Of a stretch of 64,000 nt of DNA, positions 18,521-27,440 are shown in pieces. Both the position numbers and the translations under genes were made by a program. The notes beneath the pieces were generated by a model that saw only the letters and a program-made list of their open reading frames with translations, did not search any database and had not been told where the DNA came from. Position 1 is the first letter of the stretch. Every line of letters starts with the position of its first letter. The stretch spans positions 268,271-332,270 of the IMG/VR virus record IMGVR_UViG_3300009703_004110; one strand, 5' to 3'.

Positions 18521-19005
18521 ACTGGATTCTCCCTGAGAATTGTTGAAATTGTTATGGCATACTGAGTGCCATCTTTCATTGGATACATACAATACTTTGG
18601 GCCCATTGAATATCCATTTGTACACTGTTGAACAATGATATCTCCCGGCCTAATTTCTTCTACCGTCTCATCAAATTTATATTGACAAGATTCGAAGTTT
18701 CCCATAACTAATGTTACGGACTCTCCGACAGTATTTCTTGAATCAATATGTGGTATTACATAGTCTCCAACCTCAAGCTTCCTGATTGTTACAGTATTAA
18801 AATTCTGCTCTATTTCTAAGATATCAATTATAGCTGTGACAGCTTTGAAAACAAGTGGGTTAATATCTTCGTTGTCTTCATTATATCTAATAGCAGTATG
18901 TCTACCTTCCCAGCTTACACCAGTATATGTCAGGTCTTCTATTTTGGATATAACGTAATTTTGCTGTCTTGTGTTTAATTTGCTTCTTATAATTCTGTGC
19001 TTCAT
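18517..19005 (-). CDS. 2OG-Fe(II) oxygenase-like protein
   Basis: FNTVTIRK..GD..PHID; distal His not evident. Confidence 0.5.
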   Translation of the reverse strand: MKHRIIRSKLNTRQQNYVISKIEDLTYTGVSWEGRHTAIRYNEDNEDINPLVFKAVTAIIDILEIEQNFNTVTIRKLEVGDYVIPHIDSRNTVGESVTLVMGNFESCQYKFDETVEEIRPGDIIVQQCTNGYSMGPKYCMYPMKDGTQYAITISTILRENPV

Positions 19006-19136
19006 AAAATGTCCATTTGTATAATATTAGATGTTAATTTTGCAGACCGATACATCGTATCCACTATGAATATTATACGTTTTTGAGAACACTTTTCCAA
19101 TCCCACAACAGGATATTACCTTCCCGATTTTCTTTC

Positions 19137-20090
19137 TTACTCGGCCTGCCATTCCCACTTGTAGCGGGTTTGATGGCTGCGGTAGTAACTGTATTCACCA
19201 TAGTGATTATTGTTACCGCGAGCCACCAAGTCTTCAAACGCCTGCTTGTCATCACGGTGGTCTCTGTAAAGCTCCACGAACATCATAACCATATGACATA
19301 GATGATGTTGATTAGCAGGATTCGGCAACCAAGCCTGAGTGTACTGCCCACGATAGTTTTTGCTATAGTGTTTACCATCACCCCTTATACTTACGGGCCG
19401 CCCATGTCTGTAGAAATCTAAAAACTTTTCTACGTTATGCACGCCAAGCAAAAGCTCTAGCTCGCCAGTTTTATGATACGGTACATACTTCATAGCAGAA
19501 GTAGATTCGCCATATAGCTTATGGGTTACTACTTCTTCGTAGACATACCAAGTAACGTACTTCTTGTGACGCTTTAGCATATCGTTTAGTTTACGATGTG
19601 CCCAGGAGTCTTCAAGTATTTCCTGCATTACTTTGCGAATATCGGCGGCGGCAAAAACTTCTCTTGTATCTCTATGGCGGTAACTGTATCTCCAGCTATA
19701 CGGGTTCTTATCGAAACCGTCTATCCACTCTAAATGAGAATAGGCGTGCTCAATAATTACGCCCTTACCTTTAATGACGCCTTTGATGTAGTCCATCTTT
19801 TCGCCATCGGGAATGTCTTTTGCCTTTACTTCTGCCCAATGACAGAAGTGATTGGTCTTATCAGCGCCACGTCTATCTGCAACGATCCAGCTTCTTTCGT
19901 GCTCGCCATCGTCCCAAAAATCAGTGTCGTCGTCCAACCAATCTTCTTCGCTTCTAATTTCACTCAATGCTTGACGTGCGTTTCTACGCAATCGTCTGTT
20001 TAATTTGGCCTTTCCTAAGCGGGCGGATCTGCGCCTACTGGAAGGTAAGATGCTTCTTACCATTTGACGTACTTTTTCGTCGCCGTACAT
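19137..20090 (-). CDS. hypothetical Arg-rich protein
   Basis: ATG after GGAGG; preceded by an 11-bp hairpin GTTCTCTTGGA/TCCAAGAGAAC. Confidence 0.7.
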   Translation of the reverse strand: MYGDEKVRQMVRSILPSSRRRSARLGKAKLNRRLRRNARQALSEIRSEEDWLDDDTDFWDDGEHERSWIVADRRGADKTNHFCHWAEVKAKDIPDGEKMDYIKGVIKGKGVIIEHAYSHLEWIDGFDKNPYSWRYSYRHRDTREVFAAADIRKVMQEILEDSWAHRKLNDMLKRHKKYVTWYVYEEVVTHKLYGESTSAMKYVPYHKTGELELLLGVHNVEKFLDFYRHGRPVSIRGDGKHYSKNYRGQYTQAWLPNPANQHHLCHMVMMFVELYRDHRDDKQAFEDLVARGNNNHYGEYSYYRSHQTRYKWEWQAE

Positions 20091-20220
20091 ACGATCCTCC
20101 AATCGTTCGTTCTCTTGGAGGAATTTCAGATATTATTTTATATCCAAGAGAACTTAATCATAATGCACACTAGTATTTAGTGTGTTAATCTTTGTCGTCT
20201 TAGATAGGTGTAAGCGCATC

Positions 20221-20463
20221 TTACTCTCCGTAAATTAGGATCTCATCGAAATCCTTATGAAACATTACGAGCCTGACTCCATCATACTTAATTACATAAT
20301 GTACGCCAGATTCTTCATCTGGATCAGGATCGATAGAATGTATTGGTAATTTTTCTGGCATTATAGCCAATAGATTGGGTATCTTAGAAGCGGTAAACTC
20401 AAGCATACTTAGCCACACTTTTAATTTAGGGACTAAGTATCCTAAAACTACATCTTCTTTCAT
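20221..20463 (-). CDS. hypothetical protein
   Basis: start trimmed to the ATG downstream of the tRNA, RBS GAGGA. Confidence 0.55.
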   Translation of the reverse strand: MKEDVVLGYLVPKLKVWLSMLEFTASKIPNLLAIMPEKLPIHSIDPDPDEESGVHYVIKYDGVRLVMFHKDFDEILIYGE

Positions 20464-20501
20464 AGATTCCTCTGGTGGCTTTATAGCTGCAATTTTAAAA
20501 A

Positions 20502-20578
20502 TGGTAGCTCCGGTGAGATTCGAACTCACGATACACAGGATATGAACCTGCTGCCTTAGACCTCTTGGCTACGGAGCT
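20502..20578 (-). tRNA. tRNA-Met/Ile2 (CAT)
   Basis: GCAGG-TTCATAT-CCTGT, ACCA end. Confidence 0.9.
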
Positions 20579-20614
20579 ATATATATCCAATAGTACTAAG
20601 GATGCGAAAGGGAA

Positions 20615-20920
20615 TCAACCCCAAGTTGCTGATACAAGATAATGTCCAGGTTCAAGGTGCCCCTTTTTAATCAAGGCCATTATCATCATATTTAAACTTA
20701 CAGTTCCGTCAGAATAGTCCGTCATTTCGGTGACAGCTTCGTCTACCCACTTCTGACGTGATTTAATTATATCACTCGTACAATCGAACAGAGTTTCTCC
20801 GCCGCTATCGTGCCCAGCAATTTCATCTTCATATGGTTCACATGTGAATCCGAAATGCTCCTTGGCTAATGATAGAATATCTTCTATATCCGTCCAATAT
20901 ACTTCTAGTCTCTTTATCAT
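20615..20920 (-). CDS. hypothetical protein
   Basis: 101 aa, overlaps the stop of the RF gene. Confidence 0.6.
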   Translation of the reverse strand: MIKRLEVYWTDIEDILSLAKEHFGFTCEPYEDEIAGHDSGGETLFDCTSDIIKSRQKWVDEAVTEMTDYSDGTVSLNMMIMALIKKGHLEPGHYLVSATWG

Positions 20921-21603
20921 TTGTTTAATTCCCCAAGCTGGCCTCTAGAGTAAGCTTTGTACGTAATAGTTTTATCATTGATGTGATCATAAACTTTGCC
21001 AGCTTGAACTCTAATGGTTCTAATCTTTTCTTCGCCTCTGCCTCCAGAACCAACTTGTTGCTTACGCTTACTTCTTCTGTTCAAATAAGCCTCTCTGTCA
21101 GCTATGGCTTGTAACTTTGCAGAAATAACGCTGAGTGCATTTTCTTTATTCTGCTTTTGACTACGTTCAGATTCGCATCGCACAATAATCCCTGTTGGCT
21201 TATGCTTAATCTGAACAGCAGAGTCAGTCACATTTCTATGTTGTCCGCCAGCACCAGAACCTCGGGCAGTCTTTATTTCAAGCTCATCCTTTCTAAAGGA
21301 TAATTGTTCAGCCTTTTGAGATTCTGGCAGCACGGCGACAGTAATCGTAGAGGTGTGCACCCTTCCTTTACGTTCAGTAGGCGGGACCCTTTGCCACCTT
21401 ATAATTCCCGATTCTTTCTGAAATAACTTACCGGCATTTTTTCCGATAACTTTAAATATAATAATTCCATCCCTACATGTAATCAAATCTATATCTAACT
21501 TATTTCTTTTTGCATACTTACAATAAATTTTGAATTGAATCTTCACTAGATCTTTTGAATCTGATCCGCCTTCGCCCGCTCTTATTTCTATAATTAATGT
21601 CAT
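20917..21603 (-). CDS. RF1-like peptide chain release factor lacking the N-terminal domain
   Basis: EIRAGEGG, RVPPTERKGRVHTS (PxT motif), GAGGQHRN, ERSQ..N. Confidence 0.9.
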   Translation of the reverse strand: MTLIIEIRAGEGGSDSKDLVKIQFKIYCKYAKRNKLDIDLITCRDGIIIFKVIGKNAGKLFQKESGIIRWQRVPPTERKGRVHTSTITVAVLPESQKAEQLSFRKDELEIKTARGSGAGGQHRNVTDSAVQIKHKPTGIIVRCESERSQKQNKENALSVISAKLQAIADREAYLNRRSKRKQQVGSGGRGEEKIRTIRVQAGKVYDHINDKTITYKAYSRGQLGELNK

Positions 21604-21662
21604 AATAATTCCTATGTAGTTGAAAATCTATTTTTATTTCTACAATATATAAAGGAGTTATT

Positions 21663-21800
21663 ATGAAACTAACTGAACGCCAAACTAAAATTATCAATGG
21701 ATTGATGCTTGGCGATGGAAATATCACTAAGCGTGGAAATGGGAATGGAAGACTTAGAATAAATCGTAGTTTCTCAACTTTATTTACTTATACTATATAG
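21663..21800 (+). pseudogene. truncated LAGLIDADG endonuclease remnant (45 aa)
   Basis: RBS AAAGGAG, MKLTERQTKIINGLMLGDGNI, then runs into the convergent gene. Confidence 0.65.
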
Positions 21801-22505
21801 CTTCTTCTCAAGCAAGGCCAAAAGTTTCTTATTCTTTGTCCCAAGTAAGAAAGGTAATTTATCCAGCGGAGCCCTTTCTATCAACATTTTTTGAACAACT
21901 ATAGCTCTTGACTTCCAAAATATCTCTAACTTATCCAATTCCTCATCTGCAATTAATGCCTCCATTACTTGGACCTTTTCTTTGCCAGAAAAATACCCTC
22001 TAAGAAACAGCTTAATTACATCTTCATCTTTGTGAAGATCGTTTTCTATGACCCAACCAATTAAGCCAAATCTACAATTGGTGTTGAGATTGCCTCTATT
22101 AGTTTTAAACTCCTTTGAAGTAACCAGGCCTAGTAAGTCTTTTATTGATTCGTGCTTTAAAGCAATATCGAATATTTCATCGAATACTTTTACTCTCTCT
22201 CCTTTTCCGTACCAGTCATATCTACCTTTTGCTTCCGTTCGATGCTTTCCCCATCCATAACCACCTTGATAATAATGTCGCTGGTTATCAATGTCAAGAG
22301 ATAGAATAAGAAGTCTTTCGGTAGCTCTATCAATATTGAATACGCCATCAGGAGCTAGGAACTCCTCAAGGCCGTCCACTGTTGGTATGGAGTAGCAACG
22401 CAACAAATGACCCAAGTCTTCCGGAAGCCACCCTTGACCATGATTATAATTTATTCGTCGTGCTAACTGGATGATGTGCTCTTCTGATAGAGTAAATTCT
22501 GTCAT
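21780..22505 (-). CDS. hypothetical helical protein
   Basis: 241 aa; see 8385-9140. Confidence 0.65.
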   Translation of the reverse strand: MTEFTLSEEHIIQLARRINYNHGQGWLPEDLGHLLRCYSIPTVDGLEEFLAPDGVFNIDRATERLLILSLDIDNQRHYYQGGYGWGKHRTEAKGRYDWYGKGERVKVFDEIFDIALKHESIKDLLGLVTSKEFKTNRGNLNTNCRFGLIGWVIENDLHKDEDVIKLFLRGYFSGKEKVQVMEALIADEELDKLEIFWKSRAIVVQKMLIERAPLDKLPFLLGTKNKKLLALLEKKLYSISK

Positions 22506-22816
22506 ACTATATAATGATCCGTTACAAAGTTCTCAAGACCTTGAGAGCCTGCGTGTCGCCCAACCTCTACTCCGTCCCTAAAGGCAATGATAGTTGGAAT
22601 ACTACGTATCCCTGCTTCTTTTGCAGTCTTTCTTGACACGCCAGTATCTGCCTTCAAGAAAGTTGCCTCTTCATATACTTCAGATAGCTCTTCATATTGT
22701 GGCGCTAATGCTTTGCACGGCCCACACCATTCGGCCCAAAAGTCTACAAATACTAGACCTTTTGATTTCGTTACTTTTACTTCAAAGGTTTTATCCGTTA
22801 CTGCTTCTACTGACAT
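22502..22816 (-). CDS. trxA: thioredoxin
   Basis: VDFWAEWCGPCK, IRSIPT. Confidence 0.95.
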   Translation of the reverse strand: MSVEAVTDKTFEVKVTKSKGLVFVDFWAEWCGPCKALAPQYEELSEVYEEATFLKADTGVSRKTAKEAGIRSIPTIIAFRDGVEVGRHAGSQGLENFVTDHYIV

Positions 22817-22827
22817 TAATTTCCCTC

Positions 22828-23424
22828 TTATTGCTTGACGTTTTTATTTTGCCTGCAAAAAGTTGATGTTTGGCTATGGCAATTCGGACAAAGCAATCTT
22901 AAGTTACTTATTTCATTATTGTTTGGTATTCCATCTATATGGTCTAATTGCAATACTAATTTTTTATTCTGCCATTTGCTAATATTACACACTGAGCAGT
23001 TATATTTTAAAAGACCTGCCGTTAAAAGCCTTTTCTTCAAAGAGTCGCGACTTTTGTATGGGCTATCTTTGACCAAAATTTCACTTAAATTATACTTATA
23101 TGTTATACGATTCTTTTGCCAACTACCAAAATGCGATATATCGATATTTAGCTCGCTAATATAGCGATCTATTGTTTGAAAATTTCCAGACGCATTAGGG
23201 CTTAGTCCCAATTTTTTAATTACATCAGTTTTAGTTACAGATGCTTTCACTGCTTCGATTAAGTCATCATCAGTCCATGTTCTTTGCGCCCCACGCTTAT
23301 CTCCGCTCATTCCGTATTTTTTCAAATAAAATCTAACCGTAGAGTATCCCGCCCCCATTTTTTCGGCAATTTCTTTTATAGTCTTACATTCTTTCCTATA
23401 TTTCATCAAAGCTTGCTTGTCCAT
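22828..23424 (-). CDS. HNH homing endonuclease with N-terminal HTH
   Basis: LQLDHIDG..NNN..SNLRLLCPNCHSQT; start trimmed to ATG 23424. Confidence 0.9.
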   Translation of the reverse strand: MDKQALMKYRKECKTIKEIAEKMGAGYSTVRFYLKKYGMSGDKRGAQRTWTDDDLIEAVKASVTKTDVIKKLGLSPNASGNFQTIDRYISELNIDISHFGSWQKNRITYKYNLSEILVKDSPYKSRDSLKKRLLTAGLLKYNCSVCNISKWQNKKLVLQLDHIDGIPNNNEISNLRLLCPNCHSQTSTFCRQNKNVKQ

Positions 23425-23469
23425 ATTAGCTCTCCCTATATTAGCTAATATATTAATAGACGGGATATA

Positions 23470-23545
23470 TGGTGGACTGAGACGGAATCGAACCGCCGAC
23501 GCGAGGATCTTCAATCCTCCGCTCTACCGACTGAGCTATCAATCC
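23470..23545 (-). tRNA. tRNA-Phe(GAA)
   Basis: GAGGA-TTGAAGA-TCCTC, ACCA end. Confidence 0.95.
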
Positions 23546-23575
23546 ATACAAATTGTATTATTAACGGAGATTGAT

Positions 23576-24115
23576 ATGATTAGAGACTTTGAATTTATCG
23601 GCCTTGAGTTTGGCTGCGGAAATACTCCAGCTAAGCCAGAATATTACGGAGTTGATATCAGAGGCTTTGAAAGTGTTAAGTATGTATGTAACGCCTGGGA
23701 TATAACAGACCACGTTGAGCCTGAATCAATAGACGATATATATAGCAAACATTTTCTCGAGCATCTAACTTTTTATGATGCTAACCGAACTCTCGAAAGT
23801 TGGTATAAGATTTTAAAAAAGAAAGGTACTCTTCATGTTATTGTTCCTGACTTAATATATCATATAAATCAATTTTTAGATCCAAATAGAACCAGACGAA
23901 TGAAAGTCAAGAAAGGAATCTGGACCGTCGAAGATATGGCTGGATTTGGATTTTGGGGATTTCAAAGACAAGCTGAACTTGGAGAGACTTGGGATATACA
24001 CAAGTCTGGTTATGACTTTGACCTTCTAAAAAGAAAGCTTATAGAGCATGGGTTTCATAAAGTCACGCGACTTGAAGCCGGAAGGGAACACCTCTCTGTT
24101 ATCGCATATAAATAA
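23576..24115 (+). CDS. class I SAM-dependent methyltransferase
   Basis: LEFGCG, HFLEH, IVPD; RBS GGAG; inverted between two tRNAs. Confidence 0.8.
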   Translation: MIRDFEFIGLEFGCGNTPAKPEYYGVDIRGFESVKYVCNAWDITDHVEPESIDDIYSKHFLEHLTFYDANRTLESWYKILKKKGTLHVIVPDLIYHINQFLDPNRTRRMKVKKGIWTVEDMAGFGFWGFQRQAELGETWDIHKSGYDFDLLKRKLIEHGFHKVTRLEAGREHLSVIAYK

Positions 24116-24193
24116 TGGTCCGAGCGGCAGGAGTTGAACCTGCAATAAGCCTGCTTCCAAAGCAGGTAACCGCGCCACATGGATCGCGCCCGG
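24116..24193 (-). tRNA. tRNA-Pro(TGG), atypical D arm
   Basis: CCTGC-TTTGGAA-GCAGG, ACCA end. Confidence 0.85.
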
Positions 24194-24450
24194 ATATGGG
24201 TGCGAAGTCGTCCTATTTCACTTTTGTCTTAAGGCAGGGGAAAGTGTTCCTTTCCCGAGAGGGCGACTCCTCACCTAATAAATCGCTCGCTGCTCGGGAA
24301 AGGTGCAAACTTAGCACTATGCGCCACATACTCTGCCTCGTATTTGATTCCGTTATTTATGATGTAATGCAACATAGTTGTTCTCCATTGAGGCATAAGC
24401 CTGCTTTCACTTTCTATCTTACGCCCTCGAATTAAGAGGGTCAAGGGAAA

Positions 24451-24915
24451 TTATGATAATTTTTTAATCAGTCTATCTACTAGGTCTTTCTGTCCCACAA
24501 TTAATCTGAACTTAGCTACCTCTGCTGATACAAATTCACCACGATCAATTTCTGGCACTTGAATCATTGTACCAGAGCCACGCGGCCATTCTATTGTAGT
24601 TAAATTAGAAACGATGATTGGGTCATCTGGTGCTAAGTATCTAGCTCCCCACGCAAACACGTCTTTACGACTTTGTCTGGCTACACCAAGATTTATCAGA
24701 TTGTCGTAATTTAAATCACTAATGCCCGTCTCTTCAAGAAGCTCTCTCTTGGCCGCCTCTAATTGATCCTCACCAGCCTCAATCTTTCCTTTCGGAATTG
24801 ACCAGCGGTCTTTGTCGGGGCCTCTACCGTATGGTCCGCCAACATGACAGACTAAGAATTCTAAATTGTCATCCCTAAAACGATACAGAAGAATTCCGGC
24901 GCTTTTAGCTCTCAT
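24451..24915 (-). CDS. NUDIX hydrolase
   Basis: KGKIEAGEDQLEAAKRELLEETG; H.GGP, EWP..SG, PEIDR. Confidence 0.9.
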   Translation of the reverse strand: MRAKSAGILLYRFRDDNLEFLVCHVGGPYGRGPDKDRWSIPKGKIEAGEDQLEAAKRELLEETGISDLNYDNLINLGVARQSRKDVFAWGARYLAPDDPIIVSNLTTIEWPRGSGTMIQVPEIDRGEFVSAEVAKFRLIVGQKDLVDRLIKKLS

Positions 24916-25381
24916 TGAATTTCTCCATATTGAATAAGATTGTATCTACTAAGGCAGAGTTCTTGGTATTATTTAGAACCTCATCTGGTTCTATTTCATA
25001 ACATATATAATACAACTTATCAGAATGGAGAATAAAGTTAGGACTCTGAGCAAGAATACTGTCCAAAGCTTTAGAAACTTCTGCGGCTTTTTTCTCAGCC
25101 TTCTCTCTTCTTCCAATTGCCTTATGATGATTCTTCTTTTTTCTTTTACCATTTAGGTTGCGAACATTACGTAAAGCTTTCTCATGAGCTTTGCGTACTT
25201 CAGTTATTTTATGAGTATATCTATCTGCCCATTCACGATATGCTTCATGATTTCTGAAGATGCGCTTTTCAATTCTAACCCAATTAATCTCAAATAACTT
25301 ATGCCAGTAATAAGATTTCGTGTTGGCGATAATTATTCCGTGTTCATTAAAAAACTCGCATCCCTGCACGAACGATGGCAT
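24905..25381 (-). CDS. hypothetical protein, C-terminal LDLF-module family
   Basis: ends ILFNMEKFNES. Confidence 0.6.
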   Translation of the reverse strand: MPSFVQGCEFFNEHGIIIANTKSYYWHKLFEINWVRIEKRIFRNHEAYREWADRYTHKITEVRKAHEKALRNVRNLNGKRKKKNHHKAIGRREKAEKKAAEVSKALDSILAQSPNFILHSDKLYYICYEIEPDEVLNNTKNSALVDTILFNMEKFNES

Positions 25382-25453
25382 CCATAAGCTAGTCTTACCC
25401 CCTTATGAGGCTCTCCAGGTAGCTTTAAATGCTTTTCATGCCAACCGTTGTCC

Positions 25454-25939
25454 TTAAGAAGCTGAGTGAATTCCTGAATTGATATCATTTTTAACTCGCG
25501 TTAGAACTTCACCAAGCCAATTCTTTCCCTGCCAGGTGCTACGGCTTTGTGCTCGCTTATCATCCTTAGCTAATCCAATTCCCCAAATTTTATCATAAGG
25601 GCTGGCTTCAACCAAAATTTTATCACCTGTTGCCAATAGAATCTCTTTAAGCTTTTCATCCTGTGTAAATTTCGCCATGCTAGCACGATAAACAATATCT
25701 TTAGCAGCGCTCTGCCACTTGCCCACATTAAAGTTTTTAACTTTGCGGCCAAGGGCCTTTTGTTCTCTTGGACTATTTGTCTTCATAATCTTACGAAGAG
25801 ATTTAGCGTCCTTGAACATTCTGGCCTTCTCTGCCATCATATATTGTTCTGCGCAATTATACTTAACACCGTTAATTACAAAAGAAGATGGATGCCATTG
25901 ACTAAACGGTCCGCTCCAAAAGAATTCAAATTCTTCCAT
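25454..25939 (-). CDS. NADAR (YbiA-like) family protein
   Basis: FSQW, AEQYMMAEKA, LGR.V.NF, EASPYDKIWGIG, G.N.LG. Confidence 0.93.
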   Translation of the reverse strand: MEEFEFFWSGPFSQWHPSSFVINGVKYNCAEQYMMAEKARMFKDAKSLRKIMKTNSPREQKALGRKVKNFNVGKWQSAAKDIVYRASMAKFTQDEKLKEILLATGDKILVEASPYDKIWGIGLAKDDKRAQSRSTWQGKNWLGEVLTRVKNDINSGIHSAS

Positions 25940-25948
25940 TTTAAATCC

Positions 25949-26353
25949 CTATATAAATTTGTCAAGATTGTAAACTATTGATTCCCCAGCCCTCTTTGGT
26001 ATTACCCCGAGAACATCTTCAATTGGAACCTCTACAATAAAGTCGTTGCCCTTATCGAAAGACATTTGGACAAAGACTCTTTTCTTTTCTTGTCTATTAG
26101 GATCTCTTTCTATTATATACAAAAAGTCTGTGCCACGTATATAATAAGCTTCTGTTCCGTTTAGAAATCCAATCAGTGGCATAAAACAATTAATATCTTC
26201 TGCTAATGGGTATTCTTTTTTAATTCGCTCTTTAACACGCGGATTGGCATAGGATAGGTAAAGATCATAATATGCCAGAGTTCTAATTAGAATGGTTATA
26301 AAACGTCTAATCGTTCGCTTTTGTAATTTATACATTAGCTCGTTTTTGTTCAT
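25949..26353 (-). CDS. hypothetical protein, C-terminal LDLF-module family
   Basis: ends IVYNLDKFI; start placed at the ATG with an RBS. Confidence 0.6.
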   Translation of the reverse strand: MNKNELMYKLQKRTIRRFITILIRTLAYYDLYLSYANPRVKERIKKEYPLAEDINCFMPLIGFLNGTEAYYIRGTDFLYIIERDPNRQEKKRVFVQMSFDKGNDFIVEVPIEDVLGVIPKRAGESIVYNLDKFI

Positions 26354-26450
26354 TCTTTTAGTGGCCCTCTTATTGTGGGTTCTTATCACCTGAATCAGAA
26401 TCCATAAGATATTATATACATTAACTTTCATACTATCTCATAGGAGCTTA

Positions 26451-26525
26451 TGGATGGGGTATTAGGACTCGAACCTAAAGTAGCAGGTCCAGAGCCCACT
26501 GTGTTGCCAATTACACCATACCCCA
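26451..26525 (-). tRNA. tRNA-Gln(CTG)
   Basis: T1-A72, GTGGG-CTCTGGA-CCTGC. Confidence 0.92.
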
Positions 26526-26559
26526 ATAGCATCTTTACTTATTACTGATTTGTTATAGT

Positions 26560-26874
26560 TTAAACAAACAGGTCAAAGTGAAAGATCACTTGTGATTTTA
26601 TATTTGGTGGAAGCATTTCGAAGAATTGCTCAATAGGAATTTCTACCCTGTCGCTATAAGCTTGTCCAAAATAATATCTTACTAAAGGACTCCCATCAGA
26701 ATTTATTCCGCATATTTCAATTAGTAAGTGTGTTCCATTGACTTTATAAAAGCCGCGATATATCTGAGAAAGAAAGGGCAAATGATGGGCTTCTTCGGCC
26801 CCATCAACTACGCCATATCTATTCGGTATATTCCTATAGCTCACCTTGCTATAAGCCTCTCTAAGTATTCCCAC
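26560..26874 (-). CDS. hypothetical protein, C-terminal LDLF-module family
   Basis: ends VIFHFDLFV. Confidence 0.6.
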   Translation of the reverse strand: MGILREAYSKVSYRNIPNRYGVVDGAEEAHHLPFLSQIYRGFYKVNGTHLLIEICGINSDGSPLVRYYFGQAYSDRVEIPIEQFFEMLPPNIKSQVIFHFDLFV

Positions 26875-27389
26875 ATTTCTGCGGGAGCATTAGTTGAGCC
26901 TTGCAGCTTTGCCTTAAAGGCAGACCATTCCTTACGATACATGCCAAGGAGATTCTTTTTCTTAGTATGACAATGCTCTATGTTGGCAATTCGATCTGCT
27001 AACTTTAGAATGATTGCATCTTTAATCTCTATAATCTTGCCATGACTTTTGGCATGACGCTCCCTACGGTTCTTACCAGGCTCATTAGAGACGGCATAAA
27101 CAAGTAATGCCACGTCATCACCGAAGACTTCCGCAACCTCTTCTCTAGTCACATGAGTATCCTCAATAACATCATGAAGAATTGCGGCAAGAATCAGCCT
27201 TCTTGATCTGGCACGTTCATAGTCGTCTTCTAACCAGGGGCCAAATCCATAACGAACCAGCACTTGAGACACTTGTACAAGATGCATAACATAAGGCACA
27301 TTGCCATACATTTGATCGCCATGAGCATCAACAGCAAACTCAATTGCTTTTTGGTATTCACTATCAAACTCTTTAATACCAAACAACAT
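26841..27389 (-). CDS. HD-domain (p)ppGpp hydrolase-like protein (Mesh1/SpoT type)
   Basis: AH..Q, PY..H, AAILHDVIEDT, KLADR..N. Confidence 0.88.
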   Translation of the reverse strand: MLFGIKEFDSEYQKAIEFAVDAHGDQMYGNVPYVMHLVQVSQVLVRYGFGPWLEDDYERARSRRLILAAILHDVIEDTHVTREEVAEVFGDDVALLVYAVSNEPGKNRRERHAKSHGKIIEIKDAIILKLADRIANIEHCHTKKKNLLGMYRKEWSAFKAKLQGSTNAPAEMWEYLERLIAR

Positions 27390-27410
27390 AATACACCTCG
27401 ACTATATTCT

Positions 27411-27440
27411 ATTACCTGTCAGCTTTTCTTTCTAAGTTAG
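27411..27440 (-). promoter_or_regulatory. putative phage promoter, class A motif
   Basis: CTAACT-TAGAAAGAAAAGCTGACA-GGTAAT. Confidence 0.55.
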
